64,000 bases of DNA from Patescibacteria group bacterium (GTDB taxonomy: Bacteria > Patescibacteriota > Minisyncoccia > Phycocordibacterales > JACZSL01), in NCBI GenBank assembly GCA_022574205.1, contig JACZSL010000002.1, positions 11,965-75,964 on the forward strand. The letters are read 5' to 3'. Below are positions 55,920-64,000 of this stretch, piece after piece; within the stretch, counting starts at the first letter, position 1, and each line of letters starts with the position of its first letter. Under the pieces are notes generated by a model, which worked only from the letters and a program-made list of their open reading frames with translations, ran no database searches and was not told where the DNA came from. The position numbers and the translations under genes are program-made.

Positions 55920-56965
55920 TATTCAAATAAAACATTAAACGAGGTCTCCGCTTCTTGCAAAACTTTAAACGGAAGGTTGTTGTTTATTACTTTTAATAAT
56001 ACCTCTGCCTGACCCGTTTCTACACCCTCACGACGAAACGTAATTTCGTTTCCCTGTTCTTCTCTGGGGATATCAATATCTTTTCTGTCTACACGCCATC
56101 TATAATTTAATAGCCTCCCAAAAACATCCTCAAGGGAAAAGAAATAAGGTTCTGCGCGAAAAACAACTTCGTCTTCTGTAAAATTATACAAACCCTTTAT
56201 TACAGAACCGTACACCACACCCTCAAGAGGCCGCTTTTCATAGATTAGAATCTCTTGTGCGTATACCGGGACAACAGCAGTACTCTGCGCGCGCACAGAG
56301 CCATTTGGTGACGAAACGGAAACAGACACAATAAGCGGCACTTCACGAAGAATCTCGTTTTGGAGCACAATACTTTGCCTGCCAACTCCGGACGCTTTCC
56401 CCAAAACAACACCGCTCTGACTCCACGTATAAACAAGCTTTTTTGGATCTATCTTCTTTCCGGCACTATCTGCAATTTCAGGCATAGCAACAAACGTTAT
56501 TAGACCCGCGGACGGAGCAAGAGCTTTCCCTCTATAAAAAGGGGGTGTATACGAGAATGCTTCCCATACAAGATTTATTTCACTAGGAATTACCTCAACC
56601 TCACGAACAAAAAGTTCTCCTTTATCCGTTTCGATCACAACACTCACCCTACTGGAACTTCCAAGTCCTCGTGTGGTGAAACGAGCACGACTCTCCCCAA
56701 CACCAACAAGCCGCACAGTTCCGTTTAGTGTCCACGTTATATTAGAAAGTCCCAGATCAATCGTTTCACTTTCCAAAGTAACAACAACCATTTCGTATAA
56801 CCCCGGGGTTTTTGGTGAGAGAGTTATGGATATTGAGCCAGTTGCCGCTTGCGCATGCGTCTCTAAGGCAAGCATGAGCACAAAAAGTAAGCTAAAAACC
56901 ACAATAACCGCCACACAATAGACTCGAATTGGATTATATGTATTAATCGGGAGAATATGTTTCAT
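55919..56965 (-). CDS. Exported hypothetical protein (Ig-like repeats)
   Basis: Signal THA/Q; L.WEA.SYTPPFYRGKAL, AEPYFFS. Confidence 0.7.
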   Translation of the reverse strand: MKHILPINTYNPIRVYCVAVIVVFSLLFVLMLALETHAQAATGSISITLSPKTPGLYEMVVVTLESETIDLGLSNITWTLNGTVRLVGVGESRARFTTRGLGSSSRVSVVIETDKGELFVREVEVIPSEINLVWEAFSYTPPFYRGKALAPSAGLITFVAMPEIADSAGKKIDPKKLVYTWSQSGVVLGKASGVGRQSIVLQNEILREVPLIVSVSVSSPNGSVRAQSTAVVPVYAQEILIYEKRPLEGVVYGSVIKGLYNFTEDEVVFRAEPYFFSLEDVFGRLLNYRWRVDRKDIDIPREEQGNEITFRREGVETGQAEVLLKVINNNLPFKVLQEAETSFNVLFE

Positions 56966-56976
56966 AGAATAATATA

Positions 56977-57555
56977 CTATATACCTTGTACAAAAGCATT
57001 AAAACCAGCTTTCTTGCTTGCCATTTTTCTAAAGCGTTCATTATTCTCTAGGACGCGCACTAACACAAGACTTACGGACGCCATGGGGAGTATTCCTGTG
57101 AAAGGCAGAATCTCGAGAACCATACTTACAACGAAAACTACAAGTTTGCGTGAGGTGAGTTTAACGTCATTCATCATATAATATATAAGGAGAGTAAACG
57201 TAATCATCAGACCAAAAATCACACTAAAAATGATTAAAATAACCGAAAACGTAAACACAATATCTAACATATCTTTCAACAACGTAAGAAACAACATCGC
57301 TATAAATAAAGGGCCGGTTAATTTTTTTTGTGATTGTTGCGGTTTTCTTTGTTTCTCCGCTTCACGTCCTTTTCGTTTTTTCAGTCTTTGTTGCGCGATA
57401 CGCGCAACCTTTTCAGCACCCACAACCATTGCCTCCACACTCGCCTGCTCAGGGGCTCTCTGCGCCGCACGCGCAGGTCTGTGCATTGAACCGTAAGCAG
57501 CTGCTCGCGTCCCGATTCTTCGAACCCTTTGCAAATTTTCATTTTTATCTGCCAT
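56977..57555 (-). CDS. Hypothetical membrane protein
   Basis: Basic N-terminus + 3 TM helices, ELPFTGILP-like motif. Confidence 0.65.
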   Translation of the reverse strand: MADKNENLQRVRRIGTRAAAYGSMHRPARAAQRAPEQASVEAMVVGAEKVARIAQQRLKKRKGREAEKQRKPQQSQKKLTGPLFIAMLFLTLLKDMLDIVFTFSVILIIFSVIFGLMITFTLLIYYMMNDVKLTSRKLVVFVVSMVLEILPFTGILPMASVSLVLVRVLENNERFRKMASKKAGFNAFVQGI

Positions 57556-57556
57556 A

Positions 57557-59401
57557 TTACTTATCTATATTTTGTGGTGCGTTTTGAGCGTCCCCATGTT
57601 CTGCTTTCAGCTCCTCTTTAGCTTTTTTAATAGCAAGCAGTTGTGATGGGTCTGAGGTAATAATCTGGTCTTCAGTGTACGAGGCAATAATCTTAATTGC
57701 GACGTGTTTCAGCCCGGCAAAGAAGATTCCCTCACCCACACCACTCTCAAGTAAAAGATATTTTTCCTCATCAGTCAAATGGAATGTTTTTTGGAGTAAG
57801 TCAACAGATGTTGGAGACTGTTTCATAAGAAGCTGAATCGAGGAGTTTGTAAGCATCGGTGTTCCGTACGGACTTCGTAAGAAGTCCTCAACGTCTTGAG
57901 TAATAGTCGCAAGGCCAAGATAATATTTTCTTCCGCGTTTCGCCATACTATAAAGGAAACTTGCGGTATCTTCTGATTTCATCATCCACCACGCCTCGTC
58001 AATAACTAAAAGTCTTTTACGAAGATCACGCCTCACCGCGTTCCAGATAAAGTGTGTCACGATATACATCGCAATACTTTTGAGGTCATCCTCCATATCT
58101 CGTACTGAAAAAACAACGAATTTTTTATTAATATCAACATTGGTTGGCCTATTAATAAAGTCAGACCACGAGCCTTTAGTATATTTCTCAAGACGCTGAA
58201 CCAGACTTTCAGCCCCCTCCATTCCAGCAAGCACAAGCTCGAAATCGGACAGTAAAGGAGGCTCAACCCCTTCAAAATTCGAATCAGCAGTAATATCTTT
58301 CAAAGCATATGTTTCCGTGATTGCACGGTCCACAATAGAATCTTCCTCAGGAGTAAGACCACCAAACATCATACGAAATAGACCAACAAGATTTATTACC
58401 TGTGAGCGAAGTACATCAGTAGGAGCTTCGTCCTCTCGAGGTATTGGTAAATCAAATGGGTTAATGTGGTGTTCCGAAGAAAGGGAAATTTTAAAGTATC
58501 TTCCACCGGTTGCATTCGAAAGATACTCGTATTCACGCTCTGGGTCAATTACGATGACGTCAATATCGAACATAAGCGATCTCAGAATCTCAAGCTTCAT
58601 TGCATAACTCTTGCCAGAACCACTTTTTGCGAACACCACAGAGTTGTAATTCTCAAGAGAAAAACGATCAAAGAGCACTAAACCGGAATTATGCCTGTTC
58701 ACTCCGTATAGAATTCCTCGATCTGAAGTTAAGTCAAATGAAATAAACGGAAAAATACTAGAAAGCGGAGACGAATTCAATTTAGAGTGAACGCTTAAAA
58801 GATCGATCCCAAGGGGGATAACACTCATAAAACCCTGTTCTTGTTGGAAAAGCGCAGGCTTTATGTAAATAAGTTTCGAGTCAAGAAGTCCTTTTAGCTC
58901 CGACTCCAACTTGTCTAGATCTTCAGTCGAATTTCCATATATAGTTATATATACACCAACATCAAACAATTTTTCCTTCGCCTGCATAAGATCATCACGT
59001 AATTGCTCTAGGTCTTGATGCGCGGTATCAAGTTTTGGATCGCGAACAAGACCTTTATCCTGCCGCATATGGATCTGACTTTGCACTTCAGCAACTTTTT
59101 TCTGAAAACGTTTTAAGGCAACTGTTGTATCAACAGGGTGTATAAAAATCGAAATGTCTATCACACGATCAAGATTTATCACAGGAGAGAACCAGCTTTG
59201 GTTTAGAAATCTTGGATATGAAATAACAAAGAAAGTGCGGGCTATTTTCTCACCCAAATGAAGCTCGCGTGGCGACACCCTAAGCGCACTAGGAGCAATA
59301 ACATCTTTCAACTGAAGCACTCCGGCTTCATAAATTTGTTGAGGCAACACCGGTGCGCCCATCCCTTTCTTTTTTGGTTTAAATATATCTAAGAGACCCA
59401 T
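57557..59401 (-). CDS. VirB4/TraC-like secretion ATPase
   Basis: AKSGSGKS Walker A, IDPEREY, INPFD, IDEAW, RGRKY, ITQD. Confidence 0.92.
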   Translation of the reverse strand: MGLLDIFKPKKKGMGAPVLPQQIYEAGVLQLKDVIAPSALRVSPRELHLGEKIARTFFVISYPRFLNQSWFSPVINLDRVIDISIFIHPVDTTVALKRFQKKVAEVQSQIHMRQDKGLVRDPKLDTAHQDLEQLRDDLMQAKEKLFDVGVYITIYGNSTEDLDKLESELKGLLDSKLIYIKPALFQQEQGFMSVIPLGIDLLSVHSKLNSSPLSSIFPFISFDLTSDRGILYGVNRHNSGLVLFDRFSLENYNSVVFAKSGSGKSYAMKLEILRSLMFDIDVIVIDPEREYEYLSNATGGRYFKISLSSEHHINPFDLPIPREDEAPTDVLRSQVINLVGLFRMMFGGLTPEEDSIVDRAITETYALKDITADSNFEGVEPPLLSDFELVLAGMEGAESLVQRLEKYTKGSWSDFINRPTNVDINKKFVVFSVRDMEDDLKSIAMYIVTHFIWNAVRRDLRKRLLVIDEAWWMMKSEDTASFLYSMAKRGRKYYLGLATITQDVEDFLRSPYGTPMLTNSSIQLLMKQSPTSVDLLQKTFHLTDEEKYLLLESGVGEGIFFAGLKHVAIKIIASYTEDQIITSDPSQLLAIKKAKEELKAEHGDAQNAPQNIDK

Positions 59402-59405
59402 GTTT

Positions 59406-59651
59406 GTACCGTTATAAACTAATATTAAATTTAATCTCCTTCATAATATTCTTTTTATAATATTGATGTATTTTAATAATATATGATAAATTTTTAATTT
59501 CTATCGGCACCTGTACCGCCTGCCCCGTTGTGAGCTCTACTCTACTTTGGGTTATAAATTAATGATAAGTCTAACTTCTCTAATAAGATATCTTTTGTAA
59601 TGTGGATGTTTATTGGTAATATCTTGTCAGTATTTAATTTCATATCGGTAC
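59406..59651. mobile_element. AT-rich inverted-repeat insert in the T4SS-like operon
   Basis: Ends gtaccgttataaact / aatttcatatcggtac; an internal end-like motif at ~59495-59518. Confidence 0.5.
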
Positions 59652-60313
59652 TATTTTTCAAGTGGAATTGGTTTTGATAACTCACCAGGGTTAAAGAGCC
59701 TGTAAAATAATTCAATAATTTCTTCCGTGCCGAGACTTACAACCCGAATACCTGTTCGAGCAAGACCCTGCTCTACAACCGACACCCTCTGCTCTATTTG
59801 AGAACGGCTTTTCTCGAAAGCCACGGCTTTAGCCTCACTTTTTGTTTTCTTCCCCTCCCCTTTTTTCTCTACAAGTTCGAGTAGAGAAAACAGTCCTTTT
59901 TTTGCCTGCACAACAGAAGCAGAATATGGAATTACAATAAAAAAGTGTTTTGACATAATATTTGTATCTTCCACAAACTTCTTCACGAACTCAATATATT
60001 CACGTGTCTGGATCTGCATTAAATCATTTGTTTGCGCCTTATACCGCTCTTCAAGGAGCGCGATATAAGGGCGAATATCAAGATCGCGTGACTGAATGAA
60101 GATCTGCACCGGAAACTCAAGGGAATTAAGAAAGTTTTGGAATTGGGAAAGAATTGCTTCTTGCTCGTCGGCACCTTTAAGCGCAAAGTTTAATGAACTC
60201 GTCATAACTATAGCTCGCATCGAACCATCTTTCAGTATTACGATTCCATCACGCACCTCTTCAATTGGTACGAAGTCCTGTGTCGCCCTTGCATCTTTAA
60301 TTGATATTGCCAT
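59651..60313 (-). CDS. VirB4 N-terminal-like (TraC-associated) protein
   Basis: TQDFVPIEEVRDG, NFALK..EQ, FLNSLEFPVQI; lies between prgI and virB4. Confidence 0.75.
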   Translation of the reverse strand: MAISIKDARATQDFVPIEEVRDGIVILKDGSMRAIVMTSSLNFALKGADEQEAILSQFQNFLNSLEFPVQIFIQSRDLDIRPYIALLEERYKAQTNDLMQIQTREYIEFVKKFVEDTNIMSKHFFIVIPYSASVVQAKKGLFSLLELVEKKGEGKKTKSEAKAVAFEKSRSQIEQRVSVVEQGLARTGIRVVSLGTEEIIELFYRLFNPGELSKPIPLEK

Positions 60314-60731
60314 CGTCCTGTTTGTTATTAATATCTAAACTCTCTTGAATATCTAAACTCCATGATAAATCTTTTAATTTACTGTCAGAAAGCCTTGGAA
60401 CAAACAAACCGAGATCCTCCTCCCCTCCCTCATCCCTCTTCTTAATTTTTCGGTCTTGTTTTTTCCACACATATAAGCGTTTTCTTCCGGCATAATGGAA
60501 AGCAGCCTCCAACACTTCTATAAAAGGTCTATCGTTTACCTTATAGAATGCGAGGGCCGCACCAAGAGCAACAATGGGCGCAGCAAGAAGCACAGCGAGC
60601 ACGAGCGGAAGAAATGAATACAAAACAAAAACAATACCGGCTGAGCCGACAATGTAGACAAACTGCTTCACGGTGAGCGGTCCGAAAATTTTATCTTCAA
60701 CATCAATATATTGTGGTACTTGAAAACGCAT
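60297..60731 (-). CDS. prgI: PrgI-family protein
   Basis: FQVPQYIDVEDKIFGPLTVKQF, 2 TM, NDRPF. Confidence 0.9.
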   Translation of the reverse strand: MRFQVPQYIDVEDKIFGPLTVKQFVYIVGSAGIVFVLYSFLPLVLAVLLAAPIVALGAALAFYKVNDRPFIEVLEAAFHYAGRKRLYVWKKQDRKIKKRDEGGEEDLGLFVPRLSDSKLKDLSWSLDIQESLDINNKQDDGNIN

Positions 60732-60743
60732 ATATTTATTCTA

Positions 60744-61169
60744 CTATATTGGCTCGCGATATGGATCCACGGCGTATTCGTGACTCGGTCTCTTTTTGTC
60801 TTCAATTACAGACCCGACATCTTTATTTGACTCACGCTCTTTATCCCTATTCAAAAACGCCTCTTCTAAAAGCTCTCTATTTGGAATCAAGATATTTTCA
60901 TTAATTACCTTAACAATTTTTTCTGTTCGATCTCGCGAGATTTGTGCCCTATGTCTGATGTTTGTAACTAAACCATTAGGATTTTCAAGGCCCAATAGAA
61001 CAAGCATTATTTCATTTTCCACAGCAATTCGTTGGTGATCTTGAAGCGGGTGACCCTCTGCCACCCTAGATAACACACCCTCAAAGTGACTAGAAACAAA
61101 TAAATCCCGTAGCGCTTGTGGCAACTCTAAAAATGTTTTTTGCAATGTATTACTTAATTCCTCGTTCAT
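60744..61169 (-). CDS. Hypothetical helical protein ending in DPYREPI
   Basis: LPQALR, ENEIMLVLLGLE; paralogous to the upstream gene. Confidence 0.75.
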   Translation of the reverse strand: MNEELSNTLQKTFLELPQALRDLFVSSHFEGVLSRVAEGHPLQDHQRIAVENEIMLVLLGLENPNGLVTNIRHRAQISRDRTEKIVKVINENILIPNRELLEEAFLNRDKERESNKDVGSVIEDKKRPSHEYAVDPYREPI

Positions 61170-61181
61170 TTTACTTGTTAG

Positions 61182-61745
61182 TTATTGGTTTGGCGTTTGA
61201 GGTTGTTGGTCGTTCGCCGACCCATTAAAGTTTCTCACCAACACTATTAACCTTTCTGTTTTATCTAACTTTTCACGCAATTGATTAGCAATATCCTGTC
61301 GTTCTCTGGACACAAACCACGCCGGCGAGTAGGATCTTTTAGCTTGCGGCATAGATTTCTCTAAAGTATCGACAACACCCCCTTCCTTTTCAGCCATATT
61401 GCTTCCTGTTTCTCCAGCAAGAGCTTTTTGTATTTTACCAATTTCTTCTAACGATTCATCAATCGAACGAAAAACTTCCATATGTACATGTCCTGCGATT
61501 GTGCTTGCTAAATCACTGTCCAGACCTGGAACACTTTTCAGATTAAACTCGTAATTAGACATATGTTCAATACCTAACAATATTAACAACGTTTCTTCTG
61601 TGATTGCTTCAAGCTGTTCTTTTGGAATTTTGTATTGCGCTAGTACTTGTGAAAGTCTCCCCCTTTGCACGATTGATCCTACCACTTGTTGTAAATCAGC
61701 AGGCAATCTCTTGTAATTATCTATTAGTATTTGTTGTTCGTCCAT
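61182..61745 (-). CDS. Hypothetical helical protein
   Basis: LPADLQ, EETLLILLGIE. Confidence 0.72.
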   Translation of the reverse strand: MDEQQILIDNYKRLPADLQQVVGSIVQRGRLSQVLAQYKIPKEQLEAITEETLLILLGIEHMSNYEFNLKSVPGLDSDLASTIAGHVHMEVFRSIDESLEEIGKIQKALAGETGSNMAEKEGGVVDTLEKSMPQAKRSYSPAWFVSRERQDIANQLREKLDKTERLIVLVRNFNGSANDQQPQTPNQ

Positions 61746-61754
61746 AAAATTTTT

Positions 61755-63656
61755 CTAGGTGTCTTTGCCCGTGTCTATTGGATTTTTAGCAAAATAATCC
61801 TTCAAACCATCATCGATGCCTTTTTCCTTTCTTTTTATGCTTTTTCTTTGCGCTTTAAGTTCTTTGATTTCGTTATCAAGCAATGTCAGATCTTTCTCTT
61901 TCTCACTTAGGACTTTCTGTGCATTATCCAGTTCGTATTGAATCTCGTTAGCATTTGAGTGATTTCCATCAGAGCGCGCTTGAATGTAAGCTTTTCTTTT
62001 TGTGTCAACATCCTGCTCAGCTTTGGATTTAGCGTCTTTCTTGTCTTTATAATCTTCTTTTGTTTTAAAGTCGTCGATTTGTTTTACAATCCCCCTGTTA
62101 TGCTCTCTTTCTTTTAATTTCCCTATCTTTTGCGCCGCTTCTTTGTCTCTACGAGAAGTCCACAGTCCTAAACGAGATGGAGACTTTTTATCTCTCAAAT
62201 TTTCGGCATATTTTTCCCTTTCTGTGTCTGTCATACCTAAGCTATCAGCAAATTTCTCATCTTTCTTTGTTTTATCATCCATCTTTTTTGCAAAACCTCC
62301 TTTTCCTCCACCCTTAACCCCCTTAATTCCAACAAGCCCTAGCGCTTTTGATACCCCTTTTACATTTCTTATATCTCCACTTGACCCCGCAATACCCTGA
62401 AAAGCTTTTAATTGCACTCTAGCAAATCTGCCACCTTCAGCCGCGCGTTTTTGCAAACTTTCATTTTGAGCCACTCTACTCGCTATCCGTCCGGCAGTTT
62501 GTCTATAAGCAAGAGCTGCTGCTCCAGCTCCTCCAGCTCCCACAGCAACTCCCACAGCAACCCCACCTTTCGCAAATCTTTTGGTAATTTTTGCAGCTGT
62601 AGCACCCGCTTCTCCAGCCGCAGCCTTGGCAATGTTAAGCGCGGCAATCAAAAGACCAATGATTATGGCAAAATTCATTAATATTCCGGCAGATTCAGAA
62701 AGCAACGAGTTATTATTCTTCCCCACACCAGAGCTTATTGCGGTTCCTAACTCTTGTTCAGGCGTAATCCAGCCAGCGAGAAAATTAGCGTCCAGAGTGA
62801 TAACCATAATCGCCGCTATTAGTACAAGAAATACAGGAACCACCAAGACATTTCCGATAAGCGCCGCAACCCACTTTTTCCAAAACGCCTGAGCTGCGCC
62901 GGTAGGAAGAATTGCCGCGACAAAAGCAACAGGGGAAGCAATAAGAACAATAATAAGAACAACCGTCCTCTGTACGAAAAGAAGTCCAGCTGATAAAAAT
63001 ACAAACCCGGAAATAAGAAGAAAGATTGTTCCCATAAGGTAAAAAGTAAACGTTTTCCGCGCTTCAATTTCTACACCTTCGTAGATGGAAGATGTTTTCA
63101 AGCTTGTAGACAATATCTCACCAATCGATGCCTTTCTTGTTAAGGTCCCCGAGTCGGTTGTAACCGTAACTTCAGGCGTAAGTGTTTCATAAATAAAACT
63201 CCCCGTTATATTTCCAGCATCAATCACCGCGCCAGTTAGGAAAAAACTAAAGTTTACAAGAAGTGCCGCTATAATAACATGAGTCACCAACCGCTTTGTT
63301 TGTACCCCGCCAATCTGAAGCACTGTCATGAAAGCGATGTAAAGGAGAATAAAAATGAATGCCATATTGGCAAGGTCGCGAAACACTTCCCATCCAACCC
63401 TTATCCCGCCAAGCTGATAGAATGAAGAATCAAGCGTTACTCGGAGAGCTATATCAAGGAAAGCCGCTCCAGCGCCGGAAATCCAACTACCGAACGTAAG
63501 CATAGCATCGCCAACAGCTTCTATTACGTCATTATGTACGATAGCGTAAACTGGTTCCGGCGTAAAAAATCCTCCAAAAGAAAGACTTAAAATAAGAACA
63601 ATAAACACTTTCGCAAGAGCCTTTTGTGCTTTTGTGCTTTTTTGAAAAATGTACAT
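61755..63656 (-). CDS. VirB6-like polytopic membrane protein with Gly/Ala-rich linker and coiled-coil tail
   Basis: GWEVFRDLANMAFIFILLYIA, ALLVNFS...VID, multiple TM helices. Confidence 0.75.
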   Translation of the reverse strand: MYIFQKSTKAQKALAKVFIVLILSLSFGGFFTPEPVYAIVHNDVIEAVGDAMLTFGSWISGAGAAFLDIALRVTLDSSFYQLGGIRVGWEVFRDLANMAFIFILLYIAFMTVLQIGGVQTKRLVTHVIIAALLVNFSFFLTGAVIDAGNITGSFIYETLTPEVTVTTDSGTLTRKASIGEILSTSLKTSSIYEGVEIEARKTFTFYLMGTIFLLISGFVFLSAGLLFVQRTVVLIIVLIASPVAFVAAILPTGAAQAFWKKWVAALIGNVLVVPVFLVLIAAIMVITLDANFLAGWITPEQELGTAISSGVGKNNNSLLSESAGILMNFAIIIGLLIAALNIAKAAAGEAGATAAKITKRFAKGGVAVGVAVGAGGAGAAALAYRQTAGRIASRVAQNESLQKRAAEGGRFARVQLKAFQGIAGSSGDIRNVKGVSKALGLVGIKGVKGGGKGGFAKKMDDKTKKDEKFADSLGMTDTEREKYAENLRDKKSPSRLGLWTSRRDKEAAQKIGKLKEREHNRGIVKQIDDFKTKEDYKDKKDAKSKAEQDVDTKRKAYIQARSDGNHSNANEIQYELDNAQKVLSEKEKDLTLLDNEIKELKAQRKSIKRKEKGIDDGLKDYFAKNPIDTGKDT

Positions 63657-63695
63657 TATGTTGTATTCAAGCCGGAAAAATTATCTGCTCTAAAA

Positions 63696-64000
<305 letters not shown>

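Overview
A 64-kb chromosomal segment (genetic code 11) around the replication origin of a Candidate Phyla Radiation bacterium (Patescibacteria, probably Parcubacteria). The taxonomy is inferred from IleRS with a histidine-phosphatase insert, tRNA-Arg(GCG), rplK without a following rplA, a short PolA, the pilM/N/O and pilB genes, and a PrgI/VirB4/pilin cluster beside dnaA-rpmH-rnpA-yidC-jag. The window is mostly housekeeping genes: aaRS, a folate/thymidylate cluster, a Dsb/CcdA/ArsR/ZIP cluster, ruvA/B/C/X, murE, PBP1A and dnaA/dnaN. It has 7 tRNAs and no CRISPR array. The most unusual content is non-coding. (1) A standalone ~100-nt promoter-to-terminator RNA with a fully tiled pseudoknot or switch fold (20.45-20.55 kb). 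(2) Two free-standing LAGLIDADG ORFs butted against tRNA genes, one with a 42-bp tandem array of 'promoter + tRNA-Lys 5' end' units. (3) A family of ~100-145 bp inverted-repeat elements whose terminus supplies the ATG of the neighbouring gene. (4) Anti-T-arm hairpins behind both tRNA-Arg genes. (5) An apparently inverted GC-skew switch at oriC. All calls are by eye; no database searches were run.
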